Assembly (NCBI GenBank): GCA_051530055.1
Contig: CM121341.1
Location: 10,456,784-10,520,783 of the forward strand
Origin: Neoechinorhynchus agilis
Lineage: Eukaryota; Animalia; Acanthocephala
Direction of reading: 5' to 3'
DNA length: 64,000 nucleotides
Every line of letters starts with the position of its first letter. Position 1 is the first letter of the stretch. Shown here in pieces: positions 13,944 through 25,352 of this stretch. The notes beneath the pieces are model-generated. The model was not told where the DNA came from. It worked only from the letters and a program-made list of their open reading frames with translations, and did not search any database. The translations under genes and the position numbers were made by a program.

Positions 13944-15693
13944 TGTTTTAATTAGTTCAAATCTAAATTATAGTTAGTTGTCAAGGATACGCGTATAGCA
14001 GAGTTGGAGACTGGGCAGCTTTTCGACTTTAAGGAGAGCAAGGCACCGAGAAAACTGGCATCTTGAAGACCGTAAAGTATAATGGCATGTTTTTTATTAG
14101 TCACATAGTGAAATGCTTTTCCTGGGTGCCGTTTCAGAACTCACGCATAAATGCCTGATGTGGATGCGCCCCCAGTGACTAAAGCATAGAAAATGGTAAT
14201 TAAAAATTCGACGGAGATAATAAACATCTCAGGAATGAAATGTTCCATGGCGATGTATCGATTTCATAAATACTTTCTAGCGTTTAAAGTGCGAAGTCAA
14301 ATGAGTTTAAACGTTTGCTCACTTCTGACTACCATTAAAGTTGGCCATCAATGGCAATAGGAACCTGAAGGGGGTCGCTCAAAATCAGTAAAAGAAAAAG
14401 AAGGAAAATCGATCAGAAAAGGCGTAATAAAATGGTTCCCCTAGAAATACTAAATAGCACTAATATACAGTACACTTAGTAAGGTGAAAAACCCGTTTTC
14501 TGCGGTAAAAATCGAGCTTTTAACAGAATGTAAAGAGTTAATATCTCTATTCTCATGAGAGTCGTGAGTGTCATAAAGCGCTCAAACGCCTTCAAATTTC
14601 ACTTTTAAGAAAAACAATCGATATTGATAAGTCCAACTATATCAGGCGGAAAACGTATAGAAAAGATTGGATTAAGTGTTTGTGCTTCGAACGTAGAAGT
14701 AAGCAATATTAGACATTTGTTTTTTAAGCACATCTCAGTGGAATTTCACTTGGTAGAGAAAGGGAAGCTCTTCACACTGTGCCTTACGTTTTCCAACGAC
14801 GAAATTTTAGACAGCATTTTCCTTAAGTGGGTTCCATGTTGATGTAAGTGATTTTCTCGAGGCAAATTTGAAGAAGATGTCACTACATTGCATTTTCCTT
14901 TAGATTAAATAAAAGTCAATTTCTGATCAAAAATTTAATTCAGGTTGAAGATTCGGTTTGCATACTTTTTGTTAATTTGTAGTACCCAATTTATTGATAG
15001 TTACAACCTTATTAACCTCCCCGATGACTGATTTATTTGTACGAATTTTCGTCTGCATGCAGACCTCTCCAGGTATTGTTAGCAGACAAATTGAAGTAAT
15101 TTATTGAATCTGATACTTCGGCACAATCTTGTGCTTTTATAAAGGTCTTTGAAGCGTTTTATGAGAATATAACACATAAAGCACTTCAACAACCGCTAAA
15201 AAAATTCGCGAGAAACAAGCATGAACAATTCAATCTTCAAACTAAACTAAATATCTTTGCCTTTTGAAATCGCCGTAAAAAATCGATTTGAAGTTTTTCA
15301 CACGCATTTTACAGAAAATTTATTGGTGTTTTCCTGAAACACCTTTATGCACTAAACGAGTGGCACGAATTAATCTAAATTCGTCTCACATTTGTTGCTT
15401 TTCGCTGCTTAGTTAATCTAATTGTATCGCGAAGTTAATGGTATACGACGAAAGTTATCGTTTAGGCAAAAGTGCTATTTCTGCGAATCTTAAAAATTAA
15501 TAATAGCCGTGTATAAGTTAAAAGGGAATTTATTTAAACGTTCGATGAAGTATGAATAATTATAGTGAAAATTACGATAATTTTTTGAAGAATGACATAG
15601 AACAAAATAATGATTTTTTTAAACTGTTTGTCAAATGCTGCAACCTCACCGATTATAATCATTCAATTTCTATCCTGGAATCTCTGAGATGAT

Positions 15694-15792
15694 TAATAAC
15701 GTATGCTCACTGATCCTTTATCAATAATGTTTTTATTTTTCCAATAATAACGTATACTCATTGATCCTTTATCATCAATGTTTTTATTTTTC
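15694..15792. repeat. Local ~53-bp tandem duplication
   Basis: AATAATAACGTAT(G/A)CTCA(C/T)TGATCCTTT...AATGTTTTTATTTTT occurs twice. Confidence 0.7.
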
Positions 15793-17567
15793 TAATATAT
15801 TCGGACAGTTTCGGTGATAGATTAAGCTTTCATAAATTCATTAATTTGAATGGATCGTTTTAAAAATCAATTTTTTCCCTGAAGTAATGCATTGGAGCTT
15901 TTGAAACTGTACGATATGAATTAGGTGTGTTCATTGATTCTTGATCGCCATATGTAAGAGTAATAATAAATTAATCTCCATATTACCAAACAAAATATAA
16001 AAATATTTACTCGGTTCGCTAGTGCACGCTCATAACTAGTAGCAAAGGAATTTTAAAGTGAAATCGGACGAAGGTCATTAGGTTCATCTATTGATCTTTT
16101 TCCATTTTTAATCAGGAAAATACGCCTGAGCAAATAAGCATCAGTTTAGCGAGATGTCTGATAGTCCCGCGAGAGCAGGTTATATATTTTTGTACCAGAA
16201 GTGCTATTAGAAGCAGATAATTTCTGATTTAGCGATCAAACTTTTAAAATGTATTTTAAAGTCAAATCTGAACGGTTACCCATTAACCCGCGAAATATAA
16301 AATCGGCCTATTATCCTTGAAGCGATCCGCAAAGTAGAATTCAAAAACAGAGATAACAATATTATCTTTTGTCGAGGTTTTAACCACTTTGAAAGTCTTG
16401 ATTCCCAGTCGGTAAAATTCTTCCAAAAGTCAAAAAAGGATACTTGGCGATAAACCACAAGTAAAAGTTAAGACACTTCTTAAATACATTTCTTGTGACA
16501 TTGTAATAAGAGGGAATTGACGGAATTAACTATTGTTTTGGTACATTTCAACGATGGATCATTAAAATCTTCGATAATAAAATCAATATTAGCTTTGAGA
16601 AGCCATTTGACTTTACCTTTGGTAGTGAAACGATGGATAAACCCGGGTTTTATATACAAATTAACGACGGTAAATCGCTGCTGATTGAATAAAAACTTAA
16701 AAGTGGAATGAGGCAATTCAGACGATAAAAAGGAAGCGATCAAAGTGGCGTTAAGTGAGATATTAAAAATTATGATAAGACGTTGCTGTGCTAGTCCGAA
16801 GGGACCAGGGATAAAACAATTGAACTTCGGGGAGTTGAATGGATTTTGATAATTTTAAAATTGAGATACATTATATTCAATTTTTGTTTATTCAAATAAA
16901 AAATTGAAGTTTCCGGCATAAAATGATTTAACTTGGAAAGGTTGGCTCCCGCTACAATTACACTGCAACAAATGCATGTTTGGTTCTAGTCCGTTTGCAA
17001 GACATTGGACTTTCTGAGATGCTGAGAGAATGAGTAAATATCTTGGAAACTTCGACTTAGAGAAGTCCCGAAGGTATGTCAGCCAATTGTAGCTGGTCAA
17101 ATATATTCTCATCGGTCCGGTATAGTAAGTAAAATTATCGATCCTTTTAATACCGTCGTTTTTGAAAGAACGCGTCCATGGCTAGAAAACTTGATCGTAC
17201 ATTAGCTGCTTAGGCAAGATAAAGTTCAATTTGACGATGAAGATGTAATACCATCTTTTTGTAGGATAGGATAAATATGCTTCTCGATTATCGATTAATT
17301 AAGTCGACTGGGAATTAAGTCGTTTTTATTGGGCGTATTTCTCGTGGAGCTGAATATTTAGGCGTGATCCAAGAATTGAGAGACATTGCTCTCCCACAAG
17401 ACATTAAGTTGCCGTTTGCCACCCTCGTATCCGTACTATCTTGATTGAAAATAACGGGATCATGAAATCTACATTATTTTTGAGTGAGCTATTTTTCAAC
17501 AAACAAAAACCAGACATGAATTCTTGTTAAGAATCGATCCCAATTTTCACACTAAAAACAACCAAAG

Positions 17568-17636
17568 GGGACGAAATACCGTTGAAGGGAGGAAACTCAC
17601 TGATGAGTCCCGCCTTCTGGAGGTATCTGAGGATCC
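17568..17636 (+). ncRNA. Candidate non-circularly permuted hammerhead ribozyme; predicted cleavage between 17627 and 17628 (AUC)
   Basis: GGGAC(17568-72) GAAA(73-76) UACC(77-80) ... CUCA(96-99) CUGAUGA(17600-06) GUCCC(07-11) ... GGUAU(22-26) C(27) UGAG(28-31). Stem II 5 bp including G10.1-C11.1, stem III 5 bp including A15.1-U16.1, stem I 4 bp plus a GGA/UCC extension. Confidence 0.75.
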
Positions 17637-18158
17637 GGAGAGAAGTACGAACTCTTAGCATTTAATCAGAGTTTAAGTGGTTATATCACTTCTCTGATGT
17701 AAAGCAAAATTTCTCCGACCGCGGAAAGTGCAAATTCACATCAATAAAAAAATTAAAAAAAAGAAATACTAAAAACAAGGGTTTTAAAGCATGCGTTCAT
17801 TATGCATTATCTGTGGCATTAAAGGAATGATTCCTGCATTGCTGCCCACTGCAATAAACCATTGTTTGATTTTTTTATTATAAGACACGCTATTTTGCAA
17901 CCATATCGCTCATTATTAAAATTAGTATCTGCCACAATATAGCACCACAACAGAGTGTTCAGTAACGTGATACGTCTTCAGCGACTTTGTTATGGAAGAG
18001 AGATCTTCTAAAAATGGTAGCAGACAACCCAGGAATTTTCCTATAAGGAAAAACTTCTTTATTCTTCATCTGATTATGCAAGCTCTTTTGGTATAAAAGA
18101 TTATGGTTCATCACATCGAAAGCAGAACTGAGCTCGTAGCCAACTTTCTCTGAAAAAC

Positions 18159-19289
18159 ATGGCAGAAGAAGAAGTAGCAGCAGTCGTGATCGATAATGGA
18201 TCGGGTATGTGCAAGGCCGGATTCGCCGGGGACGATGCTCCTCGTGTCGTGTTTCCCTCAATCGTTGGACGGCCCAAATACCAGGCAGTGATGGTCGGAA
18301 TGGGGCAAAAGGACTCTTATGTTGGAGATGAAGCTCAGAGCAAGAGAGGAATATTGACTCTAAAGTATCCAGTTGAGCATGGCATCATTACAAACTGGGA
18401 TGATATGGAGAAAGTGTGGCATCATACGTTTTACAATGAACTCCGAGTTGCTCCAGAAGAGCATCCTACTCTTCAGACTGAGTCTCCGTTGAACCCAAAA
18501 GTGAACAGAGAAAAGATGACTCAAATCATGTTCGAAACGTTCAATTCACCAGCCATGTACGTGGCCATTCAGGCCGTCCTTTCTTTATACGCCTCAGGGC
18601 GAACAACCGGAGTTGTTCTGGACTCTGGGGACGGTGTAACTCATACAGTTCCTATCTACGAAGGATACGCCCTTCCCCATGCCATTCTCCGTCTGGACGT
18701 CGCTGGACGGGAATTGACCGAGTACATGATGAAAATCATGATGGAACACGGTTATGCCTTTGTCTCATCGGCAGAACGGGAAATCGTGAGAGATATCAAG
18801 GAGAAACTGTGTTATGTGGCGCTGGATTTTGAACAAGAATTGGCTATTGCCGCAAGTTCATCATCGATTGAAAAGAGTTACGAGCTTCCTGATGGTCAAG
18901 TAATCAGCATTGGAAACGAGAGATTCCGCTGCCCTGAAGCGTTGTTCCAACCTTCGTTTGTAGGAATGGAAATCCTTGGAGTTCATGAAACTACTTTTAA
19001 CTCAATAATGCGCTGTGACATTGATATCCGCAAAGATCTTTATGCTAATACCGTCCTTTCGGGAGGCAGTAGCATGTACCCGGGTATTGCTGATAGAATG
19101 CAAAAGGAAATGACTGCTCTTGCGCCAAGCACAATCAAAATTAAGATTATCGCCCCACCTGAACGTAAATACTCTGTATGGATCGGTGGATCTATTCTTG
19201 CTTCATTGTCAACGTTCCAATCAATGTGGATTTCAAAGGAGGAATACGACGAAAGCGGACCTTCGATTGTCCACAGAAAGTGCTTCTAA
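18159..19289 (+). CDS. act: Actin (divergent, intronless, 376 aa)
   Basis: [74 protein letters not shown]. Confidence 0.99.
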   Translation: MAEEEVAAVVIDNGSGMCKAGFAGDDAPRVVFPSIVGRPKYQAVMVGMGQKDSYVGDEAQSKRGILTLKYPVEHGIITNWDDMEKVWHHTFYNELRVAPEEHPTLQTESPLNPKVNREKMTQIMFETFNSPAMYVAIQAVLSLYASGRTTGVVLDSGDGVTHTVPIYEGYALPHAILRLDVAGRELTEYMMKIMMEHGYAFVSSAEREIVRDIKEKLCYVALDFEQELAIAASSSSIEKSYELPDGQVISIGNERFRCPEALFQPSFVGMEILGVHETTFNSIMRCDIDIRKDLYANTVLSGGSSMYPGIADRMQKEMTALAPSTIKIKIIAPPERKYSVWIGGSILASLSTFQSMWISKEEYDESGPSIVHRKCF

Positions 19290-19851
19290 GTAACATGATC
19301 GGGACCAGAATTTTTTAGTTGCTATGTAGAAGTTGCGCGTGTGGAGTTAAATAATGGCATCAATAATTTTTACATGAGATGAATACGATTTTTGGCATGA
19401 GCATTCGATACATAATTAATTTTTTAAATTCATTAAAACACTAAATGTACACTGTTCAAAGCTTATATTTTACAAGTTTTCGAGCGCCAAGAATCAGCAT
19501 TATGTCACAATTTGTTCCTGTAAATGTGTTAAAAACGTATGAAATTGTTGACTACTCATTAATCCTTACGATTTTTCCAATCAAAAATTACGTGAAACAA
19601 AACAAATCCGACTATTTACTTCATTGCAATCATTCGCTTTAAGGGTAATAAGTTGATCATTTCAACCGTAAAAAAGACTGGATAAAGACATCGAACTCAT
19701 TAAAATAAAGGTAAACCTGAAATTCTGATTTGTTCGGTCCTAATTTAAAATTATTCATCGGTAATATTATGAATGTAATTTGGGGATAGAGTGCGTTCTT
19801 TATTAGAACTAACGCTTCGTGAGCCTAGAGAGCGCTCCTTTTATCGCACAG

Positions 19852-20766
19852 CTACGAAAGTTTCGGTATGATACCGCCAATCTCAGTTTCCACATTTGAA
19901 TCAAAGACGCAACTACCCAGGAGGCTGAGTTGCTCTGGAGTCACGAGTTTCAGACCTGGAGCTACGGCTTCGAACTCATCAATTAGCTCCTTGACTTTGG
20001 CAGCGTCTTCGATATTTAATACTTGGAGCTCACACTTCAGCATTGAGCTCAATGCCCATTCTCGAGATCTCCCTATTCAGGGATCGCCTCCGAGAGTAGC
20101 GTCAACCAAGTACCAAGCGTTAAAGCTGGATTGGAGAGAGTGCGCTATTGGATTTACTGTTAGCGAGAACGCGATTGGAGCGAGAGGATCCCCTTGCTGC
20201 ACTCCTCTTTCGGACCAAATGAGGTGGTCTTCGAAAATCAAAGGAGCCGCGGTCTCGTAGGCATTGAGAAAATACTGGAAAGCTTCTGGCGCGTGATCCC
20301 TAATAGCTCAGAACATGATTTCTCTATTGAGAGAGTTAAAGGTGTTCAGAAAATCACACTTAAGAATCACCCACGGCTTTGAACTCCTCGTGGTAAAGTT
20401 TCGGAGCGTGTGGGCAATAGCTTCCGCCCGCGGGATGTGCAGCAGCCCAGTTCGACTAGGCGAAGTTGCTGCCCGTTTTTCTCTGTAATACGTTTGCAGA
20501 GAATTTTTCCTGCAAGTCGGCGTATCGTCGAAGATACGGCGATGGGACGAATCCCACCTTCTTTTTTTTGTGAGGGCACATAATGATGCTCCGAAAAATA
20601 GGTCTTTTGCAACGGGATTCAAATCCTCTCCAATCAGGCGGTCGACTAACCGAGAAAGCGAAGTTAAAATGACTGATTCAATCAATCGAAATACATTCTT
20701 CTTTAATGATCTCTCCCCTTGGGGGTCGACAGGCGACCTAAATAACAAGTTCTTAACACTCTCCAT
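19852..20766 (-). mobile_element. CRE-clade non-LTR retrotransposon reverse transcriptase fragment (pseudogenised)
   Basis: LCALTKK/EGGIRPIAV..TIRRLAGK, GAEAIAH, LKCDFLNTFNSLNR, GVQQGDPLAP, WYLVD (YLDD degenerate); contains frameshifts and stops. Confidence 0.85.
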
Positions 20767-20821
20767 AATTTTTTTTCGATCTAAAATAATGGCATATCTG
20801 TTTTGTTTATGACGGTAAAAT

Positions 20822-20962
20822 ATTGAACGAGGTTTATTAAATCCGATTGTTTTCGGAGGCTAAATCCTGTGGACTTATCAAGGTTGCTTTTAAATGATTT
20901 AAGACGTCGAACAGCCACACGATTGTGCCTCCGAAAAAATCGGATTTAATAGAACTCCTTCA
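20822..20962. mobile_element. MITE-like element, family 2
   Basis: TIR TATTAAATCCGATTGTTTTCGGAGGC / GCCTCCGAAAAAATCGGATTTAATA; reverse-complement match at 61048-61200, partial copies near 15115 and 52075. Confidence 0.75.
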
Positions 20963-21374
20963 ATTTTTCCGCCATAAACAAACATCAGAATCATTGGTGA
21001 AGATAATCTCGGTTATGAATCATTTTATTGTAATGAAATATTTCGATAGCGAACCTATTAATCCGCGTCTACAATACAAAACATAGAAAAGAACCATACC
21101 AAAAACTTTTTAGATGATTGATAAGGCGAAGTTGCCTCTTCCAAAATAATTCATTACAATAAAATGATTTTTGACCGGAATTATCTTCACCAAAAGTGGC
21201 ATCTCGTAAGACCCTCAATGCTTAAAGAGAACCTTAAGAAATGGAGCAATGAAAGCAAAACTCACGGCAAGACTAAAGCAGACGTCACCATCCGTACTTC
21301 TTCCAGATTTTCATCTTCCATAACAGTCGTCTCTCGACTTTTTCCTAAAGATCTACTAAGAATCTCAAAACGAA

Positions 21375-21830
21375 ATGGGTCGGATGCACAATCCCGGAAA
21401 AGGTATTAGCCGTCGATCATTACCATATCGGCGTGTGAATCCAAACTGCCAACATCCAAAAGCCGAGGAGGTTGTTGAGCAGATTTGCCGTCTTGCAAAG
21501 AAAGGTCTAAGTCCAAGTCAAATTGGTGTTGTCCTTAGGGATGCTCATGGTGTTGCTCAAGTCAAATACATAACTGGGAATAAGATTCTACGAATTCTAA
21601 GGTCAAAAGCAATGGCTCCGTCGATTCCTGAGGATCTATATGCTCTTATAAAGAAAGCAGTTGCTATTAGACGTCATTTGGAGAAGAATAGTAAAGACAA
21701 GGACTCAATGTTCCGTCTGATTCTCGTTGAAAGTAGAATACATCGTCTTTCTCGATATTATAAGACGAAAAAGACTCTCCCGCCAACTTGGAAGTACCAG
21801 TCGTCCACTGCTGCGACTCTGATTGGCTAA
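21375..21830 (+). CDS. RPS13: 40S ribosomal protein S13 (uS15), intronless
   Basis: [55 protein letters not shown]; 151 aa. Confidence 0.99.
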   Translation: MGRMHNPGKGISRRSLPYRRVNPNCQHPKAEEVVEQICRLAKKGLSPSQIGVVLRDAHGVAQVKYITGNKILRILRSKAMAPSIPEDLYALIKKAVAIRRHLEKNSKDKDSMFRLILVESRIHRLSRYYKTKKTLPPTWKYQSSTAATLIG

Positions 21831-22156
21831 AAGATCCGGCAACACCGAAGAAAGTTATGGTTCTTTGTTGCTGTGTGTGGAATTCGTCTGTGGTCTATAA
21901 TTTTTCAATTAGTAGTTGTCATTAGAGTGTAGAAACGCTCTATTTTGCTTTTATTTGATCGCTAAGTTTTCGGCCATCTCAAGTTTAGTTGCCTTTACTC
22001 GACGAGCAACGGAGTTCAAACTTTGATGGTAAGACTTCCTTAAGCCCGTTCAGGTGCTGTGATAAAGCATTTTTTTATCGTTGATTTTATTAATTCGACT
22101 CGATTTTTTTAACTGTCCCAAATCTGATATGAAGAAAAATAATACGAATAAAATCT

Positions 22157-22365
22157 CGATATGTGAGATAGAGGGGATCGTGATTGGAATTATTGTTTAG
22201 AAGACTTTACAGGCGGTAAATGATTATTTATTAAAGACGTTCTACGAATCTCGTCGGATTCATCATCAGTAAACTAACAAACTGATGATGAACCCGACGA
22301 GATTCGTAGAACGTCTTCAATAAATAATCATTTGCCGCCTGTAAAGACTTCTAAACAATAATTCC
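22157..22365. mobile_element. Palindromic hammerhead-like element (full-length copy)
   Basis: Arms of about 85 bp (22186-22270 / 22281-22365) nearly perfectly complementary; asymmetric flank GATATGTGAG..GGGGA..TGATT. Confidence 0.9.
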
Positions 22366-22732
22366 ACGAATAAAATTATTTGCTTCGCTGCGTCTTTTCG
22401 ACGAATTTTGTTATAATTCTAAAACGGCCAACGTCTTCTTTTTTGTTCTTAATAAAAAAATTGAATTTTAGGTTAATTTACTAATACTCGTCGTCTTCAA
22501 CATGGAGTTTGAAGAGAAACCGTGTCTTTGCGGATGATTAAACGATTATCGTCTTTTCCATGAAGTGCTTTGCCTTGAATAAATCTATTGGATTCAGAAC
22601 AAAACACTTTAGTATTTGAATAATCTAATCACTAAACTTATTGAGATTTCTACCTGATCGTTGTGAATTACATCCATGAAAAGCAAAAACCTTCTGTTTG
22701 AATGTTGTATTGTGAAGCATTAACAACCATCG

Positions 22733-24885
22733 ATGTTTAACAAGAGAATCACTCGGCTTTTAAACTCCGGGGCGTTTCAGATGGGTAAACGTCAAGGTGA
22801 ATTATGTACCGGATTAACACCACCAAAAACCCAAAGACACGACTACGACGCATTTGATATGATTTGTGAAGGATGTTGTGTTAAAGTAATGGTTGGCGGA
22901 CGATGGCGATTGGCTCGTGTATCAGAGATGTTGGACCAAAACCGAATAAAGGCAGTCTACTCGAATCAAGTACAGTCGGGCGGACGGTCGAATGTTCAGT
23001 TGGTTGAAATAAGGCTGCGATTACGGAACTCGTCAGTTGCTTATTTGATGAATCCAGACGATGCGGTTCCATCACCCGGTGATTGGGTGTTGGCCCGTGA
23101 TCGAACTACATCTCCTGATGGAATTGTTAGATTTTGTATGAAACCAGGAAAGATTATTGAATTTAACAGGGCTGACAATCAATCAGTTGTCCAGTTCGAG
23201 GATGACCAGAGTGTGGCCCAAGTTCATTTATCATATATTCAAATGATTGAACGCAATCAGCTTGAAGCCTTGTGTTCTCTGATCGTTGGAAGTCCGATTG
23301 GAAGCGAAGATAGAACTGGTGAGAGTGTTAGACCTAAACGGAGACGTCGAGTTCGTAAAGTTACTGATAGTGATTACGTTTTTGATGATGATTATGCCCG
23401 TGAGGATGATCAAGACTTTGCTCCTGATGATTCTGAAGAATATGAAGATGATTGTGCAATAGTGAGGACTCCTCGTCGTAGACGGCGAATTGAGGAAGTG
23501 AGGCGTCCAACAAAAACCCAAGCGGATTTACCGATCACACATGAATCGCAAACCGAGACCAGTGAAGAAATACGAAATCTTTCATCGTCATCTGACACAC
23601 AAGAGTCTCTTCAGTCTTACGATCCAGCAGATAAATCAGAATCAGCAGTTAACTATGACTACGATTACCCCGAACAGTCGGCAATCGTCGAAGAGGAATC
23701 CATGGAAGCGCCGAAACTGAAATCGGCCACAAAACCTTATCAATACATGGACGATTTTTATCTTTTTGACTGCCTATGCGACACTGATGAAAACGATATA
23801 CGGAATATTCGAGATAAATCTACTATACAACAGGTAATTTTTTTGTTTTAACAGAATTTCCGATTAATTTAAATGCGTTTAGTGCACTCGTTGTCTATCT
23901 TGGCAACATAGCGAGTGCGCTCAGGTTGCTCTTAAGAATCCTGTCTTAAAACAGTTTACTGGATATCATTACATTTGTCCAAAGTGCTTGGACATGTCAA
24001 GTGAGTGCTTTTATTGGTTCATTCTTCATGCACCACTTTTCACTATAGTCTTCATATTATACAATCATACCTATTGTTATGAGATCACTTTTATGTAGAT
24101 TTTATTTATACTTGGTAAAGCAAAATGCAATTTTTTCAATTTACGCCTGTCCAATCGCTCTTTAATTCTGCTTTTTCACCTTAAGTAATAGAGAATCATT
24201 AGCGTTTTCTTTTTTCATAGGATTTAAGCTTTTACTCTAATTAGGCCGTTTGATTCTATTTGCTTAGAGAATTTTGGGGCACCAACGACTTTCATTTCAT
24301 TTTAAAGGATTCAAACGCGGTTCGTGGCAGTTTTTCAATGACGGACAAGGTCTTGGACGAATAGTAAACATTCGTGATATTGATTACAACCTAGATGAAG
24401 ATGAAAGGGACTTACTTAAGATCAAAACTGAGTTTAGACTTCTGCAAGCTGGACTTCCACGTATTCCCGGACCTGAATCCGAGTTAAAACTGATAGATAT
24501 TTTTGGGCGTCATCAGGTGGAGACTATCGAGGTTTTGGAGGATTTATTGAACACTGTAACAGCCGAGGCGGGTGAAGGACAAGCTGAATATCCTTCGTTT
24601 ATATACAAACGTTTAATGGAAAAGCGACTGAATGCTGCGAAGGCCAAACTGCAGGAAATTGAACAAAGGTACAAAGATTTTCCTGCTTTTGATGATATAA
24701 TGGTACGAAATCGCGTAAATGGCATTGTTGAAAAATACAGGGCGTGAGTGTGTTTATTTGAGCTTATCAAAATCTTTCGCATAAGCAATCTTTTGCATTT
24801 TAGATGTTCCAAATCACTCAAAGTGGAAATCTATTTAAATTCTATGAGTGTTTCGCGGATAGTGGAGTTGTGGTTCGCCTTTTAG
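22733..24885 (+). CDS. PHF20: PHF20/PHF20L1-like chromatin reader (two N-terminal Tudor-like regions, acidic/basic linker, PHD finger); 3' exon structure approximate, apparent 1-nt frameshift near 24360
   Basis: VMVGGRWRLARV and PSPGDWVLAR..KIIEF..VVQFED Tudor-like segments; spliced PHD FDCLCD..IQQ|CTRCLSWQHSEC..YICPKC. Confidence 0.6.
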
Positions 24886-25352
24886 GAGAATTTCGAATTG
24901 GTGTTGATTCAAGGAATGCAAAAGTTCAGACTACTGGGATTTTATTAAAAGAGCGAGATCTGTATCAATCTTCCGAGCTTCCTTTTGCTTTAGAATATTA
25001 GCTTTTGTGATTTATTGTTAACTAAAATGCAGCTATTTTCATTGTTTTTCAGATTCTTGCAAAACAAATAGATTTCCGCTTTCCGAAAAAACATACAACA
25101 TACGTGTAGCGTTACACTATCCGAGATTTCTTTTTTTATGCTTGTTTTTATCTCAGAGGGTCAATTTTAATTAAAGAGCACTGTTATCAATTGCTTAGCC
25201 GAAAAATAAGTGAAATTAAGAAGTTAAAAATGTCGGGATAATAGTATCTGAGCATGCCAATTGTCCATTTTGTTTGAGCCAATAAAAAATTTCTTATTTA
25301 CGATGGAGATCGCATTGCGACTCGTGATTTAGTACTTCCAATTGCAGCTTCG

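Noticed and set aside
16158-16185. CTGATAGTCCCGC resembling the ribozyme catalytic strand
   Set aside because: One core base is missing, and there are no partner GAC-GAAA or cleavage strands nearby.
17101-17460. Possible RT relic (RGAEYLGVI)
   Set aside because: Too short and interrupted to assign to any family.
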